Virus record (IMG/VR): IMGVR_UViG_3300031784_000002
Length of the DNA stretch: 64,000 bases
Origin: a virus
Lineage: Duplodnaviria; Caudoviricetes
Strand: one strand, 5' to 3'
The notes under the pieces were generated by a model, which ran no database searches, was not told the origin of the DNA, and was given only the letters and a program-made list of their open reading frames with translations. Below are positions 27,886 to 36,582 of this stretch, in pieces. Made by a program: the position numbers and the translations under genes. Numbering within the stretch: position 1 is the stretch's first letter; the number at the start of each line of letters is the position of its first letter.

Positions 27886-29145
27886 ATGAAGAATTTTACT
27901 CAGTTCCTCACTGAAGCTAGAGAAACCTCTGCATCTACAGAAGCCAAGAGACTTGGTTTAACTGGAGATGGTCACGGTGGTTGGTATGATAAGAATGGAG
28001 AGTTTGTTGCAAAAACTGTTGCTGGTAAACTAAAGTTCTTTGGTAGTGACAACACTCCAGGACAAAAGGATTCCCCATCACAATCAACTGCACAAGCAAC
28101 TCCACAACCTGCAGCCGCAGAAGTTCCTGCAACTGCCGCACAACCAACGCAACAAGTTTCTGCACCTTCATCAGAACAACCTGCACAACAACAAGTTGCA
28201 CCAGAACAACAACCTGAAGAAGTGCCAGTTCCAGAAGCGCCTGGTGTTGTTGTAGTATTTGGTAGATTCAATCCACCCACCATTGGTCACGAAAAACTTC
28301 TAAAGAGAGCCGCAAAGGAAGCGGAAAAGAGAGGTTACGAGTTAAGAATTTATCCTTCTAGATCACAAGACGCTAAAAAGAATCCTCTGACTCCACAAAT
28401 GAAGATCTCTTACATGCGTCAGATGTTCCCTGATTATGCTGGCAGTATTGTTGACGACAAGGGTGCAAAGACTATTTTCAATGTACTCACCGGTGCAAAT
28501 GGAGAAGGTCATACCAACATGATCATTATGGTTGGTCAAGATAGATTGGGGGAATTCCAAGGTTTAAGTCACAAGTATAATGGTGAACTTTATAATTATG
28601 ATCAACTTGAAGTAGTTTCTGCTGGAGATAGAGATCCAGATTCCGATGATGTAACTGGAATGTCTGCATCTAAACTTCGTCTTGCTGCAGCAGAGGGTGA
28701 CTTTAAGAAGTTCGCAAAAGGTGTTCCCGATACTCTTGGTAATACTGAGAAGATGGAACTTTTCAATGTTCTTCGTAGATCTATGAATATTGAAGAGGGG
28801 ACTGAAGTATGGGAAGTTGCTCCTAAACTAGATGAAGAAGCTCTTAGAGATGCATATCTAGTAGATCGCATTTATGAAGTTGGTAACCTTGTTGAAAATA
28901 TGAACACCGGTCTCAAAGGAGAAGTGATTCGTAGGGGAACAAACTATGTGATTTGTGTGAGTGAAGATGGAATCATGTTCAAATCTTGGTTGAAGGATCT
29001 TATTGAGAATCCTCATGAGATTGGTACTGATGAGTATAGAGAATACCTTCAGTCATTAACTCCAGGTCAAGAAGTTAAGAGTTACACTGGTGTAAAGATT
29101 GCATCTATTTACGATAAATTCCGTAAGGGCAAAAAGAATAAATAA
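27886..29145 (+). CDS. HIGH-motif nucleotidyltransferase (cyanophage 'cytidyltransferase') with an extra N-terminal region
   Basis: FGRFNPPTIGH, VGQDR and MSASKLR motifs, a Q/P/A-rich linker and an N-terminal MKNFTQFLTE. Confidence 0.85.
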   Translation: MKNFTQFLTEARETSASTEAKRLGLTGDGHGGWYDKNGEFVAKTVAGKLKFFGSDNTPGQKDSPSQSTAQATPQPAAAEVPATAAQPTQQVSAPSSEQPAQQQVAPEQQPEEVPVPEAPGVVVVFGRFNPPTIGHEKLLKRAAKEAEKRGYELRIYPSRSQDAKKNPLTPQMKISYMRQMFPDYAGSIVDDKGAKTIFNVLTGANGEGHTNMIIMVGQDRLGEFQGLSHKYNGELYNYDQLEVVSAGDRDPDSDDVTGMSASKLRLAAAEGDFKKFAKGVPDTLGNTEKMELFNVLRRSMNIEEGTEVWEVAPKLDEEALRDAYLVDRIYEVGNLVENMNTGLKGEVIRRGTNYVICVSEDGIMFKSWLKDLIENPHEIGTDEYREYLQSLTPGQEVKSYTGVKIASIYDKFRKGKKNK

Positions 29146-29170
29146 AACTAGCAGTATTTTTTACAAATAA

Positions 29171-32100
29171 ATGGCTAGTTGGGAAGAATTTTCACGTATT
29201 GTTGCAGAAGCTAAATCTGTTAAGAAGTTAGATCCTGTCGGTCATGAAGATGACGACGTTGATAATGATGGTGATTCGGACTCTTCCGATACTTACCTCA
29301 AGAAGAGAAGAGCTACTGTTGGAGCTGCCATTGCTGCAGACAAGAAGAGAAAAGTTGAAGAAGCAAAACAACTAGATCCAGTTGGTAAAGAAGACAAAGA
29401 TATCGATAATGATGGTGATCACGATAAGTCTGATAAGTATCTTTTAAATCGTAGAAAAGTTAGATCAAAAATTATTGATCCTCAGGAAAGATTGAAGACT
29501 GATAGAGATATGTTTAATATCCCTAAGTCTGAACAGGAAGCTGCTCGTGAGAGAATTCTTGCGAAGACAAAGGCAAAGAGAATGAAAGAGGAAGTAGAAC
29601 AGATTGATGAAATTGCGCCTTTAGTTGCTGCTGGACTTGCTGCTGGTGGCGCCGCTCTTGCTGGTGCAGCTATTAATAGAGCAAAAAAAGCTGCAGATTC
29701 TGGAGTTGATGCTGCGAATAAAGGTCTAAAAGTTAAGAATCCTGGAACTGGTATCGCAGGTGCTGCATACGGAATGCAAAAAAGAAATAATGCATTAAAT
29801 GATGCAATGAAACAACTTCGACAGTCTTATGAATTTGAGGGTGAAATAGTTGATGAAGATAAAGAATACCGTCGTGAGATGGCAAAGGCTGCTGCAAGAG
29901 AAAGAGCAGAAGAGAAGAGATCTGAAGAGAACTATAGAACTAAAGGTAGAATTGGTAAAAAGAAAGCAGGTCCCAAGTTGAGTACAACTCCACATAGGGA
30001 ATCCGAATCAAAAAATTATGCTGATAAAGAAGTGGGTTCTATTAAACTATATGATAAACTTACAAAGAAAAATAAGAATGTTGTAGGTCTCGTTACTAAA
30101 GAAGAGAACGAGATTGAAGAAGGCATGTCCATGAAGGACTTCAAAGCAAATCGTCAGAAGAATAAAAGAAGAGCTGCTTCTGCCGATGCTGAGAAGAGAG
30201 GTCATGTAGGTAAGGAATGGTACAACAGTGGTAGAAAGTATTCTCCCGATGAAGCAAAGAGAAGTCGTGCAAACATGGATGATGAAGAAAGACGTACAAG
30301 ACATCGTAGTGCTGTAGATCCTGATAATGAGGATGATAATAATTACTCTGCAGACAAGACGAAGAATCCTAAGAAACTTCGCAAACAAAAAGCGATGGGA
30401 GAGGGATACCTTGCAGAGAAATCTCTAAGTAGAGCACAACAGAGATTCATGGGCATGGTTTATGCTGCAAAGAAAGGTGAAACTCCTGCATCACCTGAGG
30501 TTGCCAAGGCTGCATCTGGAATGAGTAAGAAAGCTGCAAGAGATTTTGCAAAGACAAAACATGAAGGTCTTCCAGAAAAGAAAGAAGAATTTTCTTTGGT
30601 GGATAGATTAGTCATGGAGTTTTCCCCATTAAGTGAAGGTAAACTTGATGATCTTCTTGCTGATATTCGTTCAGAAGATGATGGAAATAAAAAAAAACCT
30701 CAATCAAAAAAATCTGAACCTGTAAAAAAACCTCAAGCAAAAAAGTCTGAACCTGTAAAAAAGCCTCAAGCAAAAAAATCTGAATCAGAGAGAAAAGAAC
30801 AATCGAAAGAAGAAGTAAAAACCAGAAATACTGCAACTGAAAGAGCTGCAAGAACTTCTGCTGCTTCTAGGATTCGTGCTGCAAGAATTGCAAGAGAAAC
30901 TGAAAAGGAAAAAGAAGCCGCTAGGACTGAAAGACAACGTGAAAGAATGAGTTATGCTGAGAAAAATAAAGAATCTAAGGCAAAACAAAAAGAGTTAGAG
31001 AGTAAGAAAAAAGAGGAATCTAGCGCAGCTAAAGCAAAACAAAAAGAGGACGATAAAAAAAGAAAGGAACAAGCTAGTGCCGCAAAAGAATCAGCAAAAG
31101 CAAAACAAAAAGAAGCAAAAGACAGGCAAAGTGAATTAGAAAAAAAGGAAAGAGAGAAAAAGAATCAACTGAAAGCAAAAGAGGATTCTAGAAAACAGAG
31201 AAGATCTGAATTGGCTCGAGATGTTAAGTCTGCTTGGAGTGGATCAACAAAAGTTGCTGGTGATAAAAAAGATACTGAAGCAGTAGCTGCAGGTATGAGT
31301 AATGTGGGAAGTTTAGTATCTGGTGTTGCTAAAACTGGACTTGCTCTTGGAAAATATGCTTATAAGAAGGCAAAAGAAAAAAGAGCGGAGAAAACATCAG
31401 AAACTCCTAGTTCAAATCAACCAGAAAAAAAGGAACCAACAAAACCAGAGGCACCACAATCCACTAGTAGTGCAACTCAAAAAGCTCCTACTACAACAAA
31501 ACCAGATACGACTCAGAAAAAGTTAACTGGAACTCCAGAGAGAACAAAGTTGACTGCAACTCCAGAAAGAAAAAAATTAGTTCCATCAACAAAACGACTT
31601 CCTCCTGCAGGTCAAACAACTACAAATGCTTCTCCGAAAAGAGAAACTGGAATGACATTGGGACAAAGAGCTAGAAGAAATCCAGCATTGAAGTCCGCAT
31701 TAATGAAAAATAGAATGGAAGAGTATTCAAATTGGAGAGAGGAGTTTATTTTTGAAGTAGACGATCAAACAGTACAAAATCAAAAACAAAAAGTTATTGA
31801 TGTTTCCAAAAAGAAGAATAAAATTGAAATTAATCCAACAATGAGTGAAGGATGTGGTTGTGATGAAAAAGAAAATGAAAAGGAAACTCCAAAAAAAGAT
31901 ATGAGAGATTTACCTACTAAAGTAAATCTTTTGAAAACCAAACTAAGATCAGCGGGAGTTAGAAATCCTATTGTAATGGTTGGAGTTAAAGAGGATTGGC
32001 AATCGGTAAATCGCAAAGATAAAACTGATGGTCTCAGTCAGAAAGCTGTAGATGTTTATCGTCGTGAGAATCCAGGTTCAAAACTTCAGACTGCAGTAAC

Positions 32101-32251
32101 CGAAAAAAAGCCTACGGGCAAAAGGGCTGAACGCCGTAAGTCCTTTTGCTCAAGAATGAACGGCATGAAGGATAGACTAACTTCCGCAGAAACCGCAAGA
32201 GATCCAGATTCAAACATCAACAAAGCCCTTCGTCGTTGGAACTGTAACTAA
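29171..32251 (+). CDS. Large modular, highly charged late protein; candidate head internal polyprotein
   Basis: LDPVG.ED.D.DNDGD repeat (x2), KNPKKLRKQKAMGE, a DUF3008-like KSLSRAQQRFMGMV...TKHEGLP module, KKSEPVKKPQA tandem repeats and a C-terminal RRKSFCSRM...RRWNC module. ATAAATA at 29138-29144. Confidence 0.75.
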   Translation: MASWEEFSRIVAEAKSVKKLDPVGHEDDDVDNDGDSDSSDTYLKKRRATVGAAIAADKKRKVEEAKQLDPVGKEDKDIDNDGDHDKSDKYLLNRRKVRSKIIDPQERLKTDRDMFNIPKSEQEAARERILAKTKAKRMKEEVEQIDEIAPLVAAGLAAGGAALAGAAINRAKKAADSGVDAANKGLKVKNPGTGIAGAAYGMQKRNNALNDAMKQLRQSYEFEGEIVDEDKEYRREMAKAAARERAEEKRSEENYRTKGRIGKKKAGPKLSTTPHRESESKNYADKEVGSIKLYDKLTKKNKNVVGLVTKEENEIEEGMSMKDFKANRQKNKRRAASADAEKRGHVGKEWYNSGRKYSPDEAKRSRANMDDEERRTRHRSAVDPDNEDDNNYSADKTKNPKKLRKQKAMGEGYLAEKSLSRAQQRFMGMVYAAKKGETPASPEVAKAASGMSKKAARDFAKTKHEGLPEKKEEFSLVDRLVMEFSPLSEGKLDDLLADIRSEDDGNKKKPQSKKSEPVKKPQAKKSEPVKKPQAKKSESERKEQSKEEVKTRNTATERAARTSAASRIRAARIARETEKEKEAARTERQRERMSYAEKNKESKAKQKELESKKKEESSAAKAKQKEDDKKRKEQASAAKESAKAKQKEAKDRQSELEKKEREKKNQLKAKEDSRKQRRSELARDVKSAWSGSTKVAGDKKDTEAVAAGMSNVGSLVSGVAKTGLALGKYAYKKAKEKRAEKTSETPSSNQPEKKEPTKPEAPQSTSSATQKAPTTTKPDTTQKKLTGTPERTKLTATPERKKLVPSTKRLPPAGQTTTNASPKRETGMTLGQRARRNPALKSALMKNRMEEYSNWREEFIFEVDDQTVQNQKQKVIDVSKKKNKIEINPTMSEGCGCDEKENEKETPKKDMRDLPTKVNLLKTKLRSAGVRNPIVMVGVKEDWQSVNRKDKTDGLSQKAVDVYRRENPGSKLQTAVTEKKPTGKRAERRKSFCSRMNGMKDRLTSAETARDPDSNINKALRRWNCN
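30697..30785 (+). repeat. 33-bp coding tandem repeat (KKPQ[S/A]KKSEPV)
   Basis: aaaaaacctcaa(t/g)caaaaaa(a/g)tctgaacctgta is repeated about 2.7 times. Confidence 0.8.
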
Positions 32252-32252
32252 A

Positions 32253-32570
32253 ATGAAATCCTTCAAACAATTTTTATCAGAATCTATCAATATTGCTGGT
32301 GACTTTAACGGCAACCTATACGTCAATGGTTCTGAACCACAATCGCAACCAGTTGGAGAGTCTTTCTTTGCTGATGTAATGTGGGAAGGAAAGATTTATA
32401 GACTGGAAGTGGAGGGTTCTATGATGGATAAGAACGCTCTTGCTGAACAACTTCAGGATGAGTATCCTGGAGCAATTGTTCACAACATTTATCCATCACA
32501 ATCACAAAGTTCTTTAAGAATTAAAAATACGCAAAGATATCAACCAGAAAGACTAACTTGGACTGATTAA
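32253..32570 (+). CDS. Conserved hypothetical protein with a capsid-targeting-like N-terminus (MKSFKQFLSE)
   Basis: 105-aa ORF, 1 nt after the preceding stop. Confidence 0.7.
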   Translation: MKSFKQFLSESINIAGDFNGNLYVNGSEPQSQPVGESFFADVMWEGKIYRLEVEGSMMDKNALAEQLQDEYPGAIVHNIYPSQSQSSLRIKNTQRYQPERLTWTD

Positions 32571-32572
32571 TT

Positions 32573-33847
32573 ATGGCACAATGGAATAAGAAAACACAAG
32601 ACTTCTTAGATCAAGAAAGAAGTCTCTTTGAGGTTTATAATATCGCAGATCACTGGGGAAACCAGACGGACTGGAGACCTCAATTTACTAACAACAACAG
32701 ATTTAAAATATCTCCATATCAAACAGTATTCTTCAACACCTTCCAGTACGGTAAAGAAACTGATGTATGGGATGAAAGAGTAGTTGGAGTTGGAACTGCA
32801 ACTCATAATGCATCGTCCAGTAATGTGATAATGCAAGTTGGATCAACTGCAGGAAGTAAAGTTATTCGTCAAACCAAGAATGTGATGAGATACATTCCTG
32901 GTAGAGGTGCAACTCTTGCATTTGCGATTCGTCTTGATACTCCACAGGTAGGTATTCGCAGAAGATTTGGATTGTTTGATGATTATAATGGGGCATTCTT
33001 TGAGAATGATGGACTTACATACTCATATGTAATTCGCAGTACTGTAAGTGGAATTACTACAGAAACCAGAGTATACAGAGATGATTGGAATGGTGAGAAG
33101 TTTGATGGTAATGGATGGACTGGAGTGACTGCAGATCCAACAAAACAACAAATGATTTCCATCAATTATGAATGGTATGGTGCTGGCATTGTGCAATTTG
33201 CTTGGTTGATGAAGAATGAGACTGTTGTATCTCATACTTTTGAGAACTCAAATACAAATCCAGGAGTTTGGTGTTCTACTCCATTCTTACCTATTAGACT
33301 TGAGATAGAAAATGTAACTGGTGTTGCAGGAACTCATTACATGTATCAAGGTTCTAATTCTCTTATTCAAGAGGGAGAACCAGAAAAACTTGGAACTCTT
33401 TTGAGTATATCCAATCCCATCACAGGGACAACGATGGCAGCGGCAAATACATTTTATCCAATTATAAGTCTTCGTCTCAAATCTAATAACCTAACTGGTG
33501 TGATGCTTTTGAGATCATTACAGGCAGCAACAAATGATAATACGAATGTGTATTGGAAACTTCTACAAAATGCAACACTGACTGGAGGGACTTGGGTGGA
33601 TCATCCAGATCCAAACTCCTTTATGCAGTATAATATAACTCAAACAGCAGTATCTGGTGGAAGCGATCTTTTGAGTGGTTTTGTGATTGCTGGTGGTGGG
33701 GCATTAGTTGATCTTGATGTTAGAGCAGCACTACAGATAGGTAGAAGTGGTATTGGAACAATCAGTGACACTTATACTCTTGCTTGTGCAAGTCCCAATA
33801 GTAACAAAGCAGCACTTGCAGTTCTGAACTGGATTGAACAGAGGTAA
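32573..33847 (+). CDS. Beta-rich hypothetical protein, probably virion-associated
   Basis: 424-aa G/T/V/W-rich ORF in a late operon. Confidence 0.6.
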   Translation: MAQWNKKTQDFLDQERSLFEVYNIADHWGNQTDWRPQFTNNNRFKISPYQTVFFNTFQYGKETDVWDERVVGVGTATHNASSSNVIMQVGSTAGSKVIRQTKNVMRYIPGRGATLAFAIRLDTPQVGIRRRFGLFDDYNGAFFENDGLTYSYVIRSTVSGITTETRVYRDDWNGEKFDGNGWTGVTADPTKQQMISINYEWYGAGIVQFAWLMKNETVVSHTFENSNTNPGVWCSTPFLPIRLEIENVTGVAGTHYMYQGSNSLIQEGEPEKLGTLLSISNPITGTTMAAANTFYPIISLRLKSNNLTGVMLLRSLQAATNDNTNVYWKLLQNATLTGGTWVDHPDPNSFMQYNITQTAVSGGSDLLSGFVIAGGGALVDLDVRAALQIGRSGIGTISDTYTLACASPNSNKAALAVLNWIEQR

Positions 33848-33849
33848 CA

Positions 33850-34002
33850 ATGAATCAGTTTCCTTGGGGAGTAATAGTGATACTGGGCTCTGGACTCATA
33901 TTCACTTGTTATTGTATCTACTACATATTAAAGTTAGCTCATGAGGAAATGAAAGATGAAGAACCTGGCTCTCATTCTATCAACAACAAGTCTAGTCATT
34001 AG
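33850..34002 (+). CDS. Small single-TM protein (50 aa)
   Basis: Manual translation MNQFPWGVIVILGSGLIFTCYCIYYILK..., with a GAGG SD. Confidence 0.5.
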   Translation: MNQFPWGVIVILGSGLIFTCYCIYYILKLAHEEMKDEEPGSHSINNKSSH

Positions 34003-34168
34003 TGGAGTACTTTGTTATGGTGCTTATGTGACCTATCAGAAAGCACAGAAAATTCTGGATAACCCAGAAGAGTTTGTTGGAGCTGTTGTAGAAAAACAAG
34101 TCACCAAGGCATTTGAGAAACTGCCCATTCCTAAACTAAATACTGAGAAGTTTAAATTACCTTTCTAA
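33956..34168 (+). CDS. Small single-TM protein
   Basis: 70-aa ORF with a hydrophobic N-terminal helix. Confidence 0.6.
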   Translation: MKNLALILSTTSLVISGVLCYGAYVTYQKAQKILDNPEEFVGAVVEKQVTKAFEKLPIPKLNTEKFKLPF

Positions 34169-34581
34169 TGTCTGATAAAGATCCTTATATTTACCGTATT
34201 CGTTCGGTACATAAAGTTGTCGATGGAGATACGATAGATGCTGACATTGATTTGGGCTTTGATATTTCTCTCACTAAGCGAATTCGCCTTGCTGGGGTTG
34301 ATACTCCTGAGTCACGTACTACAGATGCGAATGAAAAGAAACTCGGACTGGAATCAAAGGAATGGTTGAAACATCGTCTTGAAGGTGCAAAAGATATCAT
34401 TATCAAAACAGAACTTCCAGACTCTACCGAAAAGTATGGTCGTATTATTGGTCACCTTTTTATCAATGGAGAAGGAACCTCTCTTAATAATCAGATGATC
34501 ACTGAAGGATACGCTTGGCTGTACGATGGTGGTACAAAGAAAAAGGACTTTGTGGAACTTTTAAGTAGAAGGAAACCATAA
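34168..34581 (+). CDS. Staphylococcal/thermonuclease-like nuclease
   Basis: VVDGDT, RIRLAGVDTPES, KYGRIIG and LNNQMITEGYA motifs. Confidence 0.85.
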   Translation: MSDKDPYIYRIRSVHKVVDGDTIDADIDLGFDISLTKRIRLAGVDTPESRTTDANEKKLGLESKEWLKHRLEGAKDIIIKTELPDSTEKYGRIIGHLFINGEGTSLNNQMITEGYAWLYDGGTKKKDFVELLSRRKP

Positions 34582-34609
34582 ATACGGCTGCCTATACATA
34601 GAGGTCATC

Positions 34610-34783
34610 ATGGGAGCAGTTGTCGCTGTAGTAAAACCACTTCTTTTACAACTTGCTGCAAGTCCAGCAGTTAAGAATCTCGTTATTTCTCTTCTTGAGA
34701 AGTATGTAAAGTCCACTGATAATAGTGTTGATGATGTACTTTTTGCAACAGTTAAAGAAGCACTCTTTAAACCACAAGCATGA
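34610..34783 (+). CDS. Small hypothetical protein (57 aa)
   Basis: Manual translation. GAGG SD; ATAAATA at about 34578. Confidence 0.6.
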   Translation: MGAVVAVVKPLLLQLAASPAVKNLVISLLEKYVKSTDNSVDDVLFATVKEALFKPQA

Positions 34784-34944
34784 TTACTTGTTTAGTAACC
34801 AATTGGGGAGTAACCATCGTTCTTGGATTACTCCTCTCTCTTTCTGAGTGGTTATCCAAAACAAAAAGAACGGAAGCGAATGGTATTATAGACTTTATAA
34901 CATTATTTTTAAGAACAGTACTCAACAAAGGCCCTAAGAACTAG
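34780..34944 (+). CDS. Small membrane protein (54 aa), holin-like candidate
   Basis: MITCLVTNWGVTIVLGLLLSLSEWL...GIIDFITLFL, with an ATGA overlap. Confidence 0.5.
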   Translation: MITCLVTNWGVTIVLGLLLSLSEWLSKTKRTEANGIIDFITLFLRTVLNKGPKN

Positions 34945-34964
34945 GGTCTATTTTTTTATAAATA
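34931..34964 (+). terminator. Terminator followed by late promoter TATAAATA
   Basis: GCCCTA-agaac-TAGGGT plus a T-run. TATAAATA at 34957-34964. Confidence 0.6.
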
Positions 34965-34998
34965 AGATTTAGATAAGACAATAATTTGGAGAAAACCG

Positions 34999-35556
34999 AT
35001 GCCTCTTTGGGGAAATTCTACTTCAGACGAATCAAGACCTAAGTGGTTACGCGCAGGCGATAAACCAGCTAATGATCTCAATGAGTGTTTTGCTGATGAG
35101 AGAGGTTGGGTGATCAGACATGCAGATGGTAACGAAGAGGTTCTTTGTGCAATCGGTGGACTAGCTGGTGCAGGTTCTACAACTGCTGGTCTTGGTAACG
35201 CAACTATCGTTCGTGTATACCTTGGTGCAACTGGTTATTCAACATCTTCTACTGGAACAGTTTACGTTCAGTATAATGAGAAAGTAGACGTTAAGAATCT
35301 TGCCGCTACTCTCAATGTAACCGCGTCTATTGCAGGTACTTTAGTTGCTTATGCAACCACAACTACTGCAAACAAGACTGTAGGGTTTGCGTTCACAACT
35401 CCTGCTGCTGCACAAACTCTTGTAGTCGCTGGCCAAACAATCGCTGGTATCATCACTGATACTTCAACCGCAGTTGCTTCTGATAAGATCTTTATCTCTA
35501 CTGAAGTAACCGGTGCTGGTGGTAGTGGAATCGTAACAACATCCGCAGTTTCCTGA
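34999..35556 (+). CDS. Putative virion structural protein (MPLWG... family)
   Basis: T/A/G-rich ORF behind a late promoter, with a GGAG SD. Confidence 0.65.
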   Translation: MPLWGNSTSDESRPKWLRAGDKPANDLNECFADERGWVIRHADGNEEVLCAIGGLAGAGSTTAGLGNATIVRVYLGATGYSTSSTGTVYVQYNEKVDVKNLAATLNVTASIAGTLVAYATTTTANKTVGFAFTTPAAAQTLVVAGQTIAGIITDTSTAVASDKIFISTEVTGAGGSGIVTTSAVS

Positions 35557-35571
35557 TAATATGATTAGATT

Positions 35572-35943
35572 ATGAGATTTAATGAATTGAACGAAGATAA
35601 TTATATAATGTTTGCAATAAAACATTACGAGAATCCTCATGCGGTGACGCAAGAGGATTTTTATGAAGATTTAAAAAGATTTAAGTGGGTGAAGAGACTT
35701 TTAAAAAGGTATAAAACTACTGGTATTTTAAAGTCTCATCTCCTTATGAATCATTTTATTATTCTTTATAATGTTTTTGGAGAAGCCGCAACTCCTCTTT
35801 TATTCTACAAAATTGATAGGGATTTGTGGCCAGTTATAAAAAGTTTTGTAGTATATCTTGGAAGACTACCTGAATATCCAAGATCAACATTACATGATAT
35901 TCCACTAGATGAAGATTGTCTCAGAGATCTCAATAGAATATGA
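35572..35943 (+). CDS. Conserved T4-like hypothetical protein
   Basis: FAIKHYENP...FYEDLKRFK.VKRLL..Y...HLL.NH.I.LYNVFG pattern. Confidence 0.75.
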   Translation: MRFNELNEDNYIMFAIKHYENPHAVTQEDFYEDLKRFKWVKRLLKRYKTTGILKSHLLMNHFIILYNVFGEAATPLLFYKIDRDLWPVIKSFVVYLGRLPEYPRSTLHDIPLDEDCLRDLNRI

Positions 35944-36155
35944 AAGACCACGTTCTCCAAAATGCAATTAATATTATCCGTAACCTCATGGAAGAGGGTA
36001 TGGTTGTTGGTACTGGAGGATTTACGGGTTCTGCAGATCCAAAAGGTCCAGTTGCTGGATTTGATCCTATGATGAAACCTGATGGTAGAAGTAAAATAAT
36101 GAGAAGATTGCCTCCCCAATATAGAAAATCATTAACATCTAAGAAGAAGGTATAG
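35940..36155 (+). CDS. Small hypothetical protein
   Basis: 71 aa with a G-rich segment after LMEE. Confidence 0.65.
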   Translation: MKDHVLQNAINIIRNLMEEGMVVGTGGFTGSADPKGPVAGFDPMMKPDGRSKIMRRLPPQYRKSLTSKKKV

Positions 36156-36159
36156 TACG

Positions 36160-36582
36160 ATGTTCTCCCAAGAATCAAAACTAGCGGTTCTTGAATCTAA
36201 ACTTAACATTTATGAAGACCTGTCCCGCGAAATGTTATCTAAGTTAGAGTCAGCGGTAGATAAAATTTCGGAAGGAAATAATCGTATTGCAATGATTCTT
36301 GCAAAACATGATGAAAGAATAGAACAGAGTATAAAGTCAGATACCTTAATCATTAAAATGATTGAGGATATGAAAGAAGAAAATAAAGAAGATCATGTAA
36401 CGGTAATTAAAAGAATTGAAAAAATAGAAACATCAGTAGAAGAACTTAAAAAATTTAAATGGCAAATGGGTGGAATTGCTGCAATCGCAGTGGTAGTCGT
36501 TGGAATTCTTCCCCATTTCATTGACAGGATCCTTCCACCGCAGTATAATGGATCAACACAGATCCAAAATACTACACGATGA
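36160..36582 (+). CDS. Coiled-coil protein with a C-terminal TM helix
   Basis: Heptad-rich body followed by GGIAAIAVVVVGIL. Confidence 0.7.
   Translation: MFSQESKLAVLESKLNIYEDLSREMLSKLESAVDKISEGNNRIAMILAKHDERIEQSIKSDTLIIKMIEDMKEENKEDHVTVIKRIEKIETSVEELKKFKWQMGGIAAIAVVVVGILPHFIDRILPPQYNGSTQIQNTTR
36521..36549 (+). promoter_or_regulatory. Consensus sigma70 promoter upstream of the primase/nrdAB operon
   Basis: Perfect TTGACA (36521), N17, TATAAT (36544). Confidence 0.8.
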
